A stretch of DNA of 63,960 nucleotides, filler included, from Chlamydiia bacterium (GCA_903848235.1; 9 parts of 9 records of this genome joined end to end with filler, not necessarily neighbours in it), one strand, 5' to 3'; shown: positions 1-9,760, counted from the first letter of the whole stretch. The notes: generated from the letters alone by a model not told the origin. Translations and numbers: made by a program.

Positions 1-193
1 GCTGGGGACGTGAAGGCGAAATTGGAGGCGATGAAAGCAACTGCTATCGAGTATGCCGTGGCGCACGATTGTACCTAGCCTGGTTCAATCCCAAGGTAGC
101 GAAGCGCCGACCTCTTTTGTACAAGCCACCCGAAATGGCTTAGCACGATGATGTGAAAAGTCTTTTCGAGGGCCTGTGTTTGTATTTTTTTTC

Positions 194-2068
194 TTATTCG
201 TCGCGAACACTTTGATACAAGAGCTCTACTAACTCAGGATTGATCAGCGTTGATGTCTCAGAGATTTGTTCTTTTAACAGAATGTTTCTCAGCAATCGAC
301 GTACGATCTTTCCTGAGCGTGTCTTGGGTAAGTCCGGAACGAAGTATACCCGGTCAGGCACAGCTACTGAGCCGAGCTTCTTCTTCATATGGTCTTTAAT
401 GTCATTGGATTGAATGGAATTTTTCCCAACGACAAACATGATGATGGCATGTCCCTTTATCTCGTCACGGATAGCAATGGCAGCAGATTCCACCACGTCA
501 GGGAATTCATTTACTGTCGCTTCGAGTTCTGCCGTCCCGAATCGATGTCCAGATACTTTTATGACGTCGTCTGCTCTGCCAATAATCCAAATGTCGCCGT
601 CAACATCTTTGTACGCCTCATCACCAGTGAAGTAGTGCCCTGGAAACCTCTTCAGATACTCCCTTGTGAAACGATCGTGATCTTGGAAGATAGACCGCAT
701 TATCCCTGGCCATGGCTTTGAGATACAGAGCAACCCCTTTTCTCCTGGTGAAGCTTCAGAGCCATCTTCACGGAAGATTTTAGGGTCGATTGAGAGAAAT
801 GGGCCTCCACAAGAACCCGGTTTGAGCGTTGTCGTCCCAGCGAAAGGAGAGAGCAGATAGCCCCCAGTCTCCGTTTGCCAATAGGTGTCCACAATCGGAC
901 ATCGTGACTTGCCAACATGCTCAAAAAACCACCGCCACGTCGTTGGGTCGATCGGTTCACCGACAGTTCCGAGAACCTTTAGTGAATCAAATGAGTACTT
1001 TTTTGTGTAGGAGGCAGTGTCTGATGAGAGTTGGCGCAGAAGGGTAGGGCAGGTATAGAAGTGTGTTACTTTGTAGCGATCAATCAGTTGAAAAATTCTG
1101 TCTGGTGCCGGATATGTAGGAGCGCCCTCATAGAGTACCACCGTCGTGCCCAAGGCAAAGGGAGCATAGGTAAGGTATGAGTGACCGGTAATCCACCCTA
1201 CATCGGCTGTGTTAAGCCATACTTCACGCTCGTGCGGAAGTTGCGGCGAAAGGAGGCCATTGATACCCCATACATGCTTCATGGTGGACATAGCATACAG
1301 CAGGTATCCTGCAGTAGTGTGAAGAATTCCTTTTGGCTTTCCCGTTGTACCGCTTGTGTAAAGGAGAAAAAGAGGATCTTCGGAATCCATAGGTTCAGCA
1401 GGACATTCCGTGGGCATCGAGGAGACGTTTTCATGCCAGGGGAGGTCTTTTTCGGTGGTCTTGCAAGAGCGTGAGATATTGTTATAGGTTATCACCTTGG
1501 AGATACTTGGGTTTTCTAGGAATTCCTTTGACAGCGTCTCTCTAAGCAAAAACTCCTTTCCTCGTCGCCTGCCGCCATCGGCGGTAATGATGACTTCACA
1601 CCCGGCGTTCAAGAACCGTTGTTCAGCATTCGTGGCAGAAAAGCCCGAAAAGACAGTAACAGCGACGCCCCCAATTTTTGCGCAGGCAAGCTGAGTTACA
1701 ATGACTTCCGGAATCATTGGCAGCCAGATACCAACCCGAGTCCCTTTTTTAACGCCACACGCGTGTAAGAAATTCGCTACCTGACTGATGTATGTCGAAA
1801 GTTCTCTGTATGAAAAAACTCGAGTTTTAGGAGAGGAATCAGTGTCTTCTTCGCTTACCCATATCAATGCTGTCTCATCGCCGTGGTTTTGTACCCATCG
1901 ATCGACGCAGACGTGGGCAGCATTGAGTTTGCCTTGATCAAACCAGGTGCCGACAAAATCATCTGCTAAGGGTTTTTCCCAAACGGTTTTATAGGGAGTC
2001 ATCCAAGGGATCATCTGTGCTTGTGAGTCCCAAAAAGACTCCATATTCTCTACGGAATGCTTCCACAT
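194..2068 (-). CDS. acs: Acetyl-CoA synthetase (AMP-forming)
   Basis: AMP-binding motif LYTSGTTGKPKG, plus ADVGWITGHSY, DTYWQTETGG and C-terminal PKTRSGKIVRR containing the regulatory Lys. Confidence 0.95.
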   Translation of the reverse strand: MWKHSVENMESFWDSQAQMIPWMTPYKTVWEKPLADDFVGTWFDQGKLNAAHVCVDRWVQNHGDETALIWVSEEDTDSSPKTRVFSYRELSTYISQVANFLHACGVKKGTRVGIWLPMIPEVIVTQLACAKIGGVAVTVFSGFSATNAEQRFLNAGCEVIITADGGRRRGKEFLLRETLSKEFLENPSISKVITYNNISRSCKTTEKDLPWHENVSSMPTECPAEPMDSEDPLFLLYTSGTTGKPKGILHTTAGYLLYAMSTMKHVWGINGLLSPQLPHEREVWLNTADVGWITGHSYLTYAPFALGTTVVLYEGAPTYPAPDRIFQLIDRYKVTHFYTCPTLLRQLSSDTASYTKKYSFDSLKVLGTVGEPIDPTTWRWFFEHVGKSRCPIVDTYWQTETGGYLLSPFAGTTTLKPGSCGGPFLSIDPKIFREDGSEASPGEKGLLCISKPWPGIMRSIFQDHDRFTREYLKRFPGHYFTGDEAYKDVDGDIWIIGRADDVIKVSGHRFGTAELEATVNEFPDVVESAAIAIRDEIKGHAIIMFVVGKNSIQSNDIKDHMKKKLGSVAVPDRVYFVPDLPKTRSGKIVRRLLRNILLKEQISETSTLINPELVELLYQSVRDE

Positions 2069-2221
2069 TTCTATCTATCCTTCTAGCGAAGTAGTATAAC
2101 TCTCCAATGAGTCGTCAGGAGAGTTTGAAACAGCGAAAAAATCATAAAGTCCAGTTAAAGAGTATATCGAATTTGATGTATCTATGAAACTGAACAAATC
2201 GTTTGACTAATTTCTTTCCAG

Positions 2222-3247
2222 TCACTTATTGGGTCCGACTGTCTCAATAACGCCGAATAATGAGATTGGAATTGGTGTTAGCTGGTGCAAAAAGGCTTTC
2301 GGCAGCCAGGTATGCTGAGGGCTTTGATAGGTGCCGTCGGTGATTGTTGCCTTAAAAGAGGGGATGACACCGATCGCACAAAGATCGTGGACGGCATGTG
2401 CCCATTCCATAGCGACGGTGACGGCACGCTCTGAACTTATCACTTCATCTTCCGCTGGAGATGAATTGTTCTCCATGGGCGTTGACTCAGAAGCAGGGGA
2501 ATTCGATGTCTGAGCTGTCGTGACGGTCTGACTCTGTGAGTTATGGGCTTGGAGAAGCTGCGATGCAAACTCACCTGCTGGAGAAAAAGAAGGCGACATG
2601 ATGAACATAACCTCGGTGATTTGATTGAAGTAGACGGTATAGATCCTACTGGCGAGCATCTGCGGGTTGGCGATCATCTCAAAGACAGAAAGGGGGGTTA
2701 CTGATGGGACGAGGCGAGTAAAAAATGCTTCAAGCATTTGTGCGATGGTCACCTGGAGATGCTCTGCGGAACACAGGAGATCTTGTTCGGAGTATCGATT
2801 CAGATCAATAATCTCTGCCAGTTGTAAGGCTTTTACAGCCTCAGGATGATCTTTGATTCTTTGTATTTGTATGACGATGGAATTGACGACAATGGCATCA
2901 CGAAAGGCTTTGCATACCACCCGCAGTCGCTGTGGCCTCTCGACAAAGCTTGTGATATGCTCTTGAACATTGCGAGGGAGGAAGGGAAAAAAAGGAAATT
3001 GGGTTGGTACAGTGAGAGGCTCTTGCGGCTCGATCAAAGCGGCAAGATCTTCAACGACAGGCAGCACTTGAGATTCTTCAACAGTGTTGACGTGGGGTTC
3101 TTGATGCTCAGACAGCTGCAACGTTGGAGTTGATTCGTGAAAGTCAATAAAGTCATCGTCTCCTACGGCCTGTAGTGATGAGATCTCTGCTCCATTTTCG
3201 ACATCAACAACAGCTTCTGGACTATTTCCTATGGTAGAGACAGACAT
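2222..3247 (-). CDS. Putative F-box-containing effector protein
   Basis: LPRNVQEHITSFVERPQRLRVVCKAFRDAI fits the F-box pattern (LP...I.SF....L..VCK.F); disordered S/E-rich N-terminus; GGGGG RBS-like run upstream. Confidence 0.6.
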   Translation of the reverse strand: MSVSTIGNSPEAVVDVENGAEISSLQAVGDDDFIDFHESTPTLQLSEHQEPHVNTVEESQVLPVVEDLAALIEPQEPLTVPTQFPFFPFLPRNVQEHITSFVERPQRLRVVCKAFRDAIVVNSIVIQIQRIKDHPEAVKALQLAEIIDLNRYSEQDLLCSAEHLQVTIAQMLEAFFTRLVPSVTPLSVFEMIANPQMLASRIYTVYFNQITEVMFIMSPSFSPAGEFASQLLQAHNSQSQTVTTAQTSNSPASESTPMENNSSPAEDEVISSERAVTVAMEWAHAVHDLCAIGVIPSFKATITDGTYQSPQHTWLPKAFLHQLTPIPISLFGVIETVGPNK

Positions 3248-3322
3248 AGACCCCCCATTTTTTTTAAAAAAAGAGAGTCACTCTTTCATGTTAATTTTTG
3301 ATGAAGAGGGCTTAAAAAAATT

Positions 3323-4549
3323 TCAATCTTTGATAAGAGTTGCCGGGTCTTGAAGGAGCTCTTTCATCGTCTTTAAGAAAGAGGCCGCATCAGTTCCATC
3401 AACTGCTCGGTGGTCTCCAGAAACTGTCAGAGTCATCGCTTTTCCAGGGACGATAGAACCATTTTTGACGACAGGAACATCTTTGACAGCACCTACGGCA
3501 AGGATTGCCACTTGGGGGGGATTGATAATCGCAACGAATTCATCGATTCCGTACATCCCAAGATTTGTAAGTGTAAAAGCACCTCCAGCATATTCTTGAG
3601 GCAAGAGCTTTCCATCCTTTGCCTTTTGAGCAAGGAGGCGTATTTCTTTTGAGATGTCGAACAACGATTTCGTCTCTGCTTGAAAGACAATAGGGGTGAT
3701 CAGCCCACCAGGCAGCGACACAGCAACGGCAATATCAGCATGGTCATGCTGAAAAAACGACTGGCGGTCAGAAAAAAAGCTGCAACGAAGAGAGGGATGG
3801 GCCATCAAGGCAAGAGAAGTTGCCTTCACGAGAAGGTCGTTGATAGTAGCATGAAGGCCTAAGCTCTTCAGCTCTTCTCTTTTTTCGACAAGGGTGCTTA
3901 CCTCAATGTTCGAAGAGACGTAAAAGTGCGGGATATTGGACTTTGAGTACTGAAGCCTCTTTCCAATAGTCAGTCGCATTGGGCTGACAGCTTGAAGAGA
4001 TCCGCCTTCAGGAAGAGGAAACGTGATTTCCACAGGAGCAGGACGCGTTTTTACCCCTTCTAGGTCGCGACTCATAATACGCCCACCAGGGCCCGTGCCT
4101 CTGATGCTAACAAGTGAAATCCCTTCGCGGGCAGCAAGCTTCTTAGCAAGAGGCGAGGCAGGGATTCGTTGTTCATCTACCGGCAAGGATTTCGGGGTAG
4201 CAGCAGCAGGGATAGGCGTTGCACGAGGAGATGGAGCGCTGAGAGCGGCTGCTGGTGTTGCGCCTTCAAAGATCACTTCTTGAGGCACATAGCCTGAAAT
4301 CGATTCTTTTTCTTCAGTTGACAGCACGGCAAGAGGCTGACCGACGCCAATGCGCTCTCCTTCTTTGACAAGAATCTGTCGTAGCCATCCTGGATCTCCA
4401 AGATGGTGTTCTATGGTTGCTTTGTCAGTAGCAATTTCAAGGATGAGATCGCCCGCTTCTACGAACTGTCCAACGGTTTTATGCCACTTGGCAATTGAGC
4501 CTTCGTTCATCGTCGGCGATAGCTTTGGCATGCACAGGGTAAACGGCAT
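3323..4549 (-). CDS. pdhC: Pyruvate dehydrogenase E2, dihydrolipoamide acetyltransferase
   Basis: Lipoyl domain MPKLSPTM..EIATDKA, E3-binding ASPLAKKLA and catalytic DHRAVDG. Confidence 0.95.
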   Translation of the reverse strand: MPFTLCMPKLSPTMNEGSIAKWHKTVGQFVEAGDLILEIATDKATIEHHLGDPGWLRQILVKEGERIGVGQPLAVLSTEEKESISGYVPQEVIFEGATPAAALSAPSPRATPIPAAATPKSLPVDEQRIPASPLAKKLAAREGISLVSIRGTGPGGRIMSRDLEGVKTRPAPVEITFPLPEGGSLQAVSPMRLTIGKRLQYSKSNIPHFYVSSNIEVSTLVEKREELKSLGLHATINDLLVKATSLALMAHPSLRCSFFSDRQSFFQHDHADIAVAVSLPGGLITPIVFQAETKSLFDISKEIRLLAQKAKDGKLLPQEYAGGAFTLTNLGMYGIDEFVAIINPPQVAILAVGAVKDVPVVKNGSIVPGKAMTLTVSGDHRAVDGTDAASFLKTMKELLQDPATLIKD

Positions 4550-4565
4550 ATTCGATATCCTTCCT

Positions 4566-5549
4566 TCAAAGAGACAGTGTCTGTTGTACGTGTGCGAGAA
4601 TCCTTGCGACAGTGGGAAGTGTCTCGCGTTCTAACACCTTTGAGTATGGCATTGGCGTCTCCCTTTGGCACACACGGCCTAAGGGAGCATCGAGATCATC
4701 GAAACAGCGCTCTTGAATTTGGAATGCTACTTCACTGGCAATCCCAGCAAAGAGATGCCCTTCTTCGACGATCACACAGAAATGGGTTTTTCTAACAGAA
4801 GAGGCTATTGTCTCCAGGTCAAGAGGCTTAATCGTCCTTAAGTCAACGACCTGTGCAGAAATATTCTGTTTTTTTAGCTCTTCAGCAGCCTGAAGGCAGA
4901 GATTCACCATGCGTCCGAAAGAGACAAGAGTAATATCCGTCCCCTGTCGTTTGATATCTGCCTTGCCAATGGGTATGAGATACGGTTCTGCTGGGATCTC
5001 CATCGTGTCTCCATACTGAAGCTCGCACTCCAAGAAGAGAACAGGGTTTCCGCAGCGAAGAGCAGAGGTGAGCATCCCCTTAGCATCATATGGATTTGAA
5101 GGGGCCATGACAATGAGCCCTGGAAAATTCGAATAGAGTGCTTCTACACAGTGAGAATGCTGGCATGATACCTGGGCAGCAGCGCCATTGGCCCCGCGAA
5201 AGACGATGGGCACCGAAAACCGACCACCGGACATATAGTGGATTTTAGCAGCGTTGGAGATGATCTGGTCAAAGGCCACGAGTGAGAAGTTAAAACTCAT
5301 GAATTCAACGACAGGCCGCAGCCCTGTCATCGCAGCGCCAATGGCAATTCCTGAAAAAGCAGCTTCTGAAATTGGGGTGTCAATGACACGTGTAGGGCCA
5401 TATTTGTCGAGAAGCCCTTTTGTCACCTTATAGGCACCGTTATAGTAGCCAACCTCTTCCCCCATGATGATCACACGGTGGTCATTGGACATCTCTTCAT
5501 CAAGAGCCTGACGAAGCGCTTCACGCATTTCAACAAGTTGCATAGCCAT
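4566..5549 (-). CDS. pdhB: Pyruvate dehydrogenase E1 beta subunit
   Basis: MREALRQALDEEM, DTPISEAAF and VDLRTIKPLD; start moved to the ATG at 5549, just after the pdhA stop. Confidence 0.95.
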   Translation of the reverse strand: MAMQLVEMREALRQALDEEMSNDHRVIIMGEEVGYYNGAYKVTKGLLDKYGPTRVIDTPISEAAFSGIAIGAAMTGLRPVVEFMSFNFSLVAFDQIISNAAKIHYMSGGRFSVPIVFRGANGAAAQVSCQHSHCVEALYSNFPGLIVMAPSNPYDAKGMLTSALRCGNPVLFLECELQYGDTMEIPAEPYLIPIGKADIKRQGTDITLVSFGRMVNLCLQAAEELKKQNISAQVVDLRTIKPLDLETIASSVRKTHFCVIVEEGHLFAGIASEVAFQIQERCFDDLDAPLGRVCQRETPMPYSKVLERETLPTVARILAHVQQTLSL

Positions 5550-5551
5550 AG

Positions 5552-6589
5552 TTATGAAATCTCCAGCGTAGGTCCATAAACACCTTCTTCTAATTCTCTT
5601 ATGTCTGGCCAGGGATCGGCATCTGCAGCGGAGGCGGCAGCAACGATCTCTTCGCGACATGATTTTTCAACTGCACTACACTGTTCTTCAGAGAGAATGT
5701 TATGTGAGACGAGATACGCTTTCATAATGAGGAGAGGGTCGCGTTCCATACATGCTTTCAGCTCTTCCTTCATCCGGTAGAGAGCGGGGTCAGAGATAGA
5801 GTGTCCGCGAAATCGGTCTGTGTGGCACTCGATGAGCATTGGTCGCTGCTCATTGATGATATGGCGATACGCTTCTTTGAAGCCTGCATAGCATTGGAGT
5901 ATATCCATTCCGTCCAGGCGAAGGTAGCGCATGTCGTAGGTTTTTGCTGCGTCTTCTAAGAAGAGATCGTGGTTAGTCATTGTTCGGCATAGAGGTGTTC
6001 CCATGCTCCACTTGTTATTTTCAACGACATATAGGCAGGGGAGTGACCATAGAGAGGCAATGTTCAAAGATTCATGAAATACACCTTGTCCAACAGCACC
6101 ATCGCCAAAAAAACAGATGGAGATTTCATTCTTTTTTTCGAGATATTTGCACGAGAGGGCGGCGCCTGTGGCCACTGGAATGCCGCCGCCTACTATGGCA
6201 AAGCCGCCGAGCATCCGCCGACTGTAGAGGTGCATAGACCCGCCGCGGCCTCCAGCATTTCCCGTAGAGCGGCCGTAGAGTTCGGCAAACAGGCTGTGAG
6301 GTGTCTCGCCGAGGAGCAGCGCTAAGGCATGACATCTGTAGGTAGTCGACCACCAATTCTCAAGGCCGATTGCCTTGACAGCAGCAGTCTGAATAGCCTC
6401 TTGCCCGATATAAAGATGCAGAAAGCCGCCGATCTTTCCCTGCTGGTACCCTATTTCAGTACGAAGTTCAAATTGACGTATGAGGTTCATCTGTCGAAAC
6501 ATTTCGAGGAGATTCTCTGTGCCGAGAGCCGAGGCGATAGCATCAGGATTTCCTTGAAAAAACACGTGGCTCAGATGTGGTTCTGTCAT
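5552..6589 (-). CDS. pdhA: Pyruvate dehydrogenase E1 alpha subunit
   Basis: GFLHLYIGQEA, GRGGSMH, TPP-binding GDGA...NN and RFRGHSISDP. Confidence 0.95.
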   Translation of the reverse strand: MTEPHLSHVFFQGNPDAIASALGTENLLEMFRQMNLIRQFELRTEIGYQQGKIGGFLHLYIGQEAIQTAAVKAIGLENWWSTTYRCHALALLLGETPHSLFAELYGRSTGNAGGRGGSMHLYSRRMLGGFAIVGGGIPVATGAALSCKYLEKKNEISICFFGDGAVGQGVFHESLNIASLWSLPCLYVVENNKWSMGTPLCRTMTNHDLFLEDAAKTYDMRYLRLDGMDILQCYAGFKEAYRHIINEQRPMLIECHTDRFRGHSISDPALYRMKEELKACMERDPLLIMKAYLVSHNILSEEQCSAVEKSCREEIVAAASAADADPWPDIRELEEGVYGPTLEIS

Positions 6590-6914
6590 TCACAAACCTA
6601 TGTTTATACGAGCTGTGGACATTCAACACCATCATCAAACAGTGGTGTAAAATAAAGCAATATCATGCACGAAGATGATTTATGCATCATCTTATGCGAC
6701 GATCAACATACAAAGGGAAATACTGAGCCATTGCCAAAGGTTCTGGTTGTTTTAGAATTGACAATCCTCTCTCCTGGGGAATACCATGTGGCTAACTTTG
6801 ACTCCACACTGTTTTTTTCGTGTTTGTGCCTTCAGGATGTATTGTGGATTTATATTTTGCGTTGTTTTTTGGTATTTTTGTGGATGGCTATAGCGTAGGG
6901 GAGTTGTCGTTTGT

Positions 6915-8045
6915 ATGAAATTTCTGATGTCTCGAAATGAGTTGTGCAACTTAGTCAATAGCGTACAAAATATCGTTGCTCAACGCACCCCCATGCCCAT
7001 CCTCACCAATATTCTCGTCGATGCGAATGACTCTACTGTCACCCTCACCGCGACAGATCTAACAGTCGGTATTCGTTGCTCGGCAACGGCGAAAGTCCTT
7101 GAGCCAGGAGCAACAACAGTCCCTGCACGCCGTTTTGCACAGCTGCTCAAAGAGCTGAATGTTTCGTATATCGAAGTTTCCGCTAACGAAAAAGATGTGA
7201 GTCAGATCGTTGCAGATGCTGCTACATTCCGCCTTCATGGTATGCCAAAAGGTGATTTTCCAGCACTGCCAGACCTCTCCGGTGCCCAGCGTGTCATTGT
7301 CAAGCAGAAGGATATTAAAGATGCGCTCTTTCGAACGGCGTTCGCCGTATCTCAGGAAGAGAATCGGTATGTGTTGACAGGAGTGTCGTTTACTGTCTCT
7401 GAGGAGGCAGCTTTATTTGTCGGGACAGATGGCAAGCGGCTTGCCAGGATGACGATTCCAGTGCAAGCAGAAGGACGCCTCTCCTATGGATGCATCATCC
7501 CTTCGAAGGCTGTTGCCGAGCTCGCCAAGAACCTCTCTGACAATGACGAAAGTGCCACTATCTATTTGCTGCCAGACAAGATCGCCATTCAAACCAATGA
7601 TCGCCTTGTATTAACGAAGCTGCTCTCTGGAGAATATCCTGATGTAGAACGTGTCATCCCACAGCAGTCGAACTGTGTGGTAGCGATCCATCGCGAAGAG
7701 CTCTCGGCTCTTCTCAGACAGGTGTCGTTATTTATTTCTGAAGCCAATACCTCTGTTCGTTGTACTATCTGCGACAACTCTCTCCAACTCTCTGCAAATA
7801 CTGCCGATATTGGAGATGGAAAAGTCTCAATGCCTGTTAATTATGCAGGGCCTCGATTTGATATAGCCTTCAACCCGCTGTACTTTCTCGATATCCTTCG
7901 CCATAGCCATGGTGAGTTTATCTATATGGGATTCCAAGACTCTTTTAACCCTGTTATTCTCTCAGATGCTGAGTTTGGCACAACCCTCGAGCCCTATCCA
8001 TCGCCTCTCTTCATCCTGATGCCATTGAGGCTTAGTGGATCGTAA
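6915..8045 (+). CDS. dnaN: DNA polymerase III beta clamp
   Basis: PILTNIL..LTATDL, RYVLTGV, GTDGKRLA, GEYPDVERVIP, IAFNP and C-terminal ILMPLR. Confidence 0.95.
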   Translation: MKFLMSRNELCNLVNSVQNIVAQRTPMPILTNILVDANDSTVTLTATDLTVGIRCSATAKVLEPGATTVPARRFAQLLKELNVSYIEVSANEKDVSQIVADAATFRLHGMPKGDFPALPDLSGAQRVIVKQKDIKDALFRTAFAVSQEENRYVLTGVSFTVSEEAALFVGTDGKRLARMTIPVQAEGRLSYGCIIPSKAVAELAKNLSDNDESATIYLLPDKIAIQTNDRLVLTKLLSGEYPDVERVIPQQSNCVVAIHREELSALLRQVSLFISEANTSVRCTICDNSLQLSANTADIGDGKVSMPVNYAGPRFDIAFNPLYFLDILRHSHGEFIYMGFQDSFNPVILSDAEFGTTLEPYPSPLFILMPLRLSGS

Positions 8046-8060
8046 ACTGGACTTTGATGC

Positions 8061-9038
8061 CTATCGAAGATCGTCGAGAAACAAAACCTCTTCGTTTGCC
8101 TGATTGGGGAGATCTGCGCAGCGTACATCGACAGAAGCTGTCGGAGATAGATCTGGATTGTCAGGTTTTGGATAGGTTGGGATCTCTTCCGTCACAAGAT
8201 ATCCTTTTTCGCATACATCTTTAAAATTCCAATACCATTGTGTTGCGCAAAACGCTGACCCGCTTTTCACAAGTTCCCAGAGCCTCTTTTCAAGGAGGTC
8301 TGGCGTTTTGATATTCAGCGTTGAATATGACGGATCCGACCAGAGACGAAATTCATTTCCAAAAAATGAAAATGACTCAGGAACTGGAAGGAAGTCTTCG
8401 CAGTTAAACTCAACGCCGACAGATGCTAAGCAGGAGAGGGCGAACTGAACGCAGTTTGGTCCTTCGATACCCCAATTTGAAAAGTTATAGCCATCTTCTT
8501 CGAAGAGCTTCAGGATTTTCTCAAACCCTTCTTTTGTTAGAGGGACGGCAGCGCCGAATGTCGGCCTGTTTTCGCCGGGGCCGTATTCAAATAGTCCTTG
8601 CTTTGTAGGCAAGAAGAGATGTCGAGCAGGGTTCGGGTCTTTGTCTATGCTTGTAAAGCCAAAGATGTTGGCAACATAGTTTTTTGTCAGAAGCGAACAG
8701 TCAACACTGTGGCCACCTTCAAAGATCCAGGGTTTCCCATCTTTTTTTCCAGCGAGGACGATCCAGGCATGTCCAGGGTCAGGGGAGTGTTGTTTGATCA
8801 TGCTCGACGTGAGTGTCGAAAGATAGGCGCGCGGTGAAGTATAGTCGGCATGGCGCGCATCTACCAAGACAACAAGGAAATACTCGTCGGTGGGATTGAA
8901 TTGGGGGAGGGTTTCAGAAGAGAGGCGCAGCTCGTCGAGGTAGCTATATCGCCACTGCCATTCGTCTGTTGCCATTCCAAGATACGAAACGATAAAGGTG
9001 ACGGCTATCAAAGAGAATATTAGTAAGATTCTTTTCAT
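8061..9038 (-). CDS. Secreted hypothetical protein, possible permuted papain-like (His...Cys) hydrolase
   Basis: N-terminal signal peptide MKRILLIFSLIAV; GHAWIVL followed about 105 aa later by YNF......NCVQFA. Confidence 0.55.
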   Translation of the reverse strand: MKRILLIFSLIAVTFIVSYLGMATDEWQWRYSYLDELRLSSETLPQFNPTDEYFLVVLVDARHADYTSPRAYLSTLTSSMIKQHSPDPGHAWIVLAGKKDGKPWIFEGGHSVDCSLLTKNYVANIFGFTSIDKDPNPARHLFLPTKQGLFEYGPGENRPTFGAAVPLTKEGFEKILKLFEEDGYNFSNWGIEGPNCVQFALSCLASVGVEFNCEDFLPVPESFSFFGNEFRLWSDPSYSTLNIKTPDLLEKRLWELVKSGSAFCATQWYWNFKDVCEKGYLVTEEIPTYPKPDNPDLSPTASVDVRCADLPNQANEEVLFLDDLR

Positions 9039-9344
9039 TAGTCAGGCCGTGAATTAATGTGATAAATAATCTGCGATGATTATAGCGTATATTAGCTTTT
9101 TTCATCATCGATAATCTCCAAAAAGCTTTAATGGTATCGTTCAGAAATAACGTTTGCAATTATAGAATGGTTTTGCAGAACCAATTCATCAACTTGTTTG
9201 GATAATAACATGGTCATTTTCAATCACTTAAAATTACTATCTTGAAGGATTGGCATACATCTTTCGCTTTTCCCTTTGCGCGCCAATGTCGAAATCAGTT
9301 AGTCTAAATTTGAATTTAGGTTTTTTGGGTTTTGGAGAAGTTGT

Positions 9345-9660
9345 ATGGATGCAAAAAAATTAAAAGAAGAAACTTATCTGGCGATAAAATTAGAGGCGCG
9401 TGAACGGTTCAAGAAATTAAAACAAATTGGCCACGAAGCTATAAATAGCTACAAATCCTTAAAAGATCCCAAAGCGGAAGATCTAAAAGATTTCATTGAT
9501 ATATTTAATATAATAGTTAAACTGGACTTTAGCATTTTTTGGGTACCGAGTTCGCAGAGGGTTGTCTCTCAGACGATTGCATTTATCATAGATCGGCCTG
9601 GGCAGGCCATCTATGATAAATGCAATCGTCTGAGAGACAACGAATGCGAAATCGGTCTCA
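9345..9660 (+). CDS. Hypothetical protein whose frame runs through palindromic element A (cut by contig end)
   Basis: GGAG RBS upstream, 59 AT-rich codons, then an open frame through element A from 9521. Confidence 0.45.
9521..9660 (+). repeat. Palindromic element family A (MITE/RPE-like), near-complete copy
   Basis: Perfect 33-bp inverted arms at 9561-9593 and 9609-9641, plus GGCCTG/CAGGCC; the terminus ACTGGACTTTAGCATTTTTTGGG is shared with 4 other loci. Confidence 0.9.
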
Positions 9661-9760
9661 NNNNNNNNNNNNNNNNNNNNNNNNNNNNNNNNNNNNNNNN
9701 NNNNTTAATTAATTAANNNNNNNNNNNNNNNNNNNNNNNNNNNNNNNNNNNNNNNNNNNN
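9661..9760. other. Artificial contig spacer N44-TTAATTAATTAA-N44; also at 14307-14406, 24004-24103, 30604-30703, 34377-34476, 43548-43647, 57646-57745 and 60217-60316
   Basis: Identical 100-nt linker with stops in all six frames, present eight times. Confidence 0.98.

Noticed and set aside
75..145. GGTTCAATCCC, resembling a tRNA T-loop
   Set aside because: No cloverleaf or acceptor stem can be built. It follows the stop of a gene fragment (1-78) and is probably terminator-region sequence.
6590..6914. Possible oriC or DnaA boxes upstream of dnaN
   Set aside because: Only partial TGTGGA matches, no consensus TTATCCACA and no dnaA next to it.
9661..9760. Recurrent TTAATTAATTAA palindrome inside N runs
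   Set aside because: Artificial six-frame-stop contig linker. ORFs containing X runs, and adjacency across these spacers, have no biological meaning.
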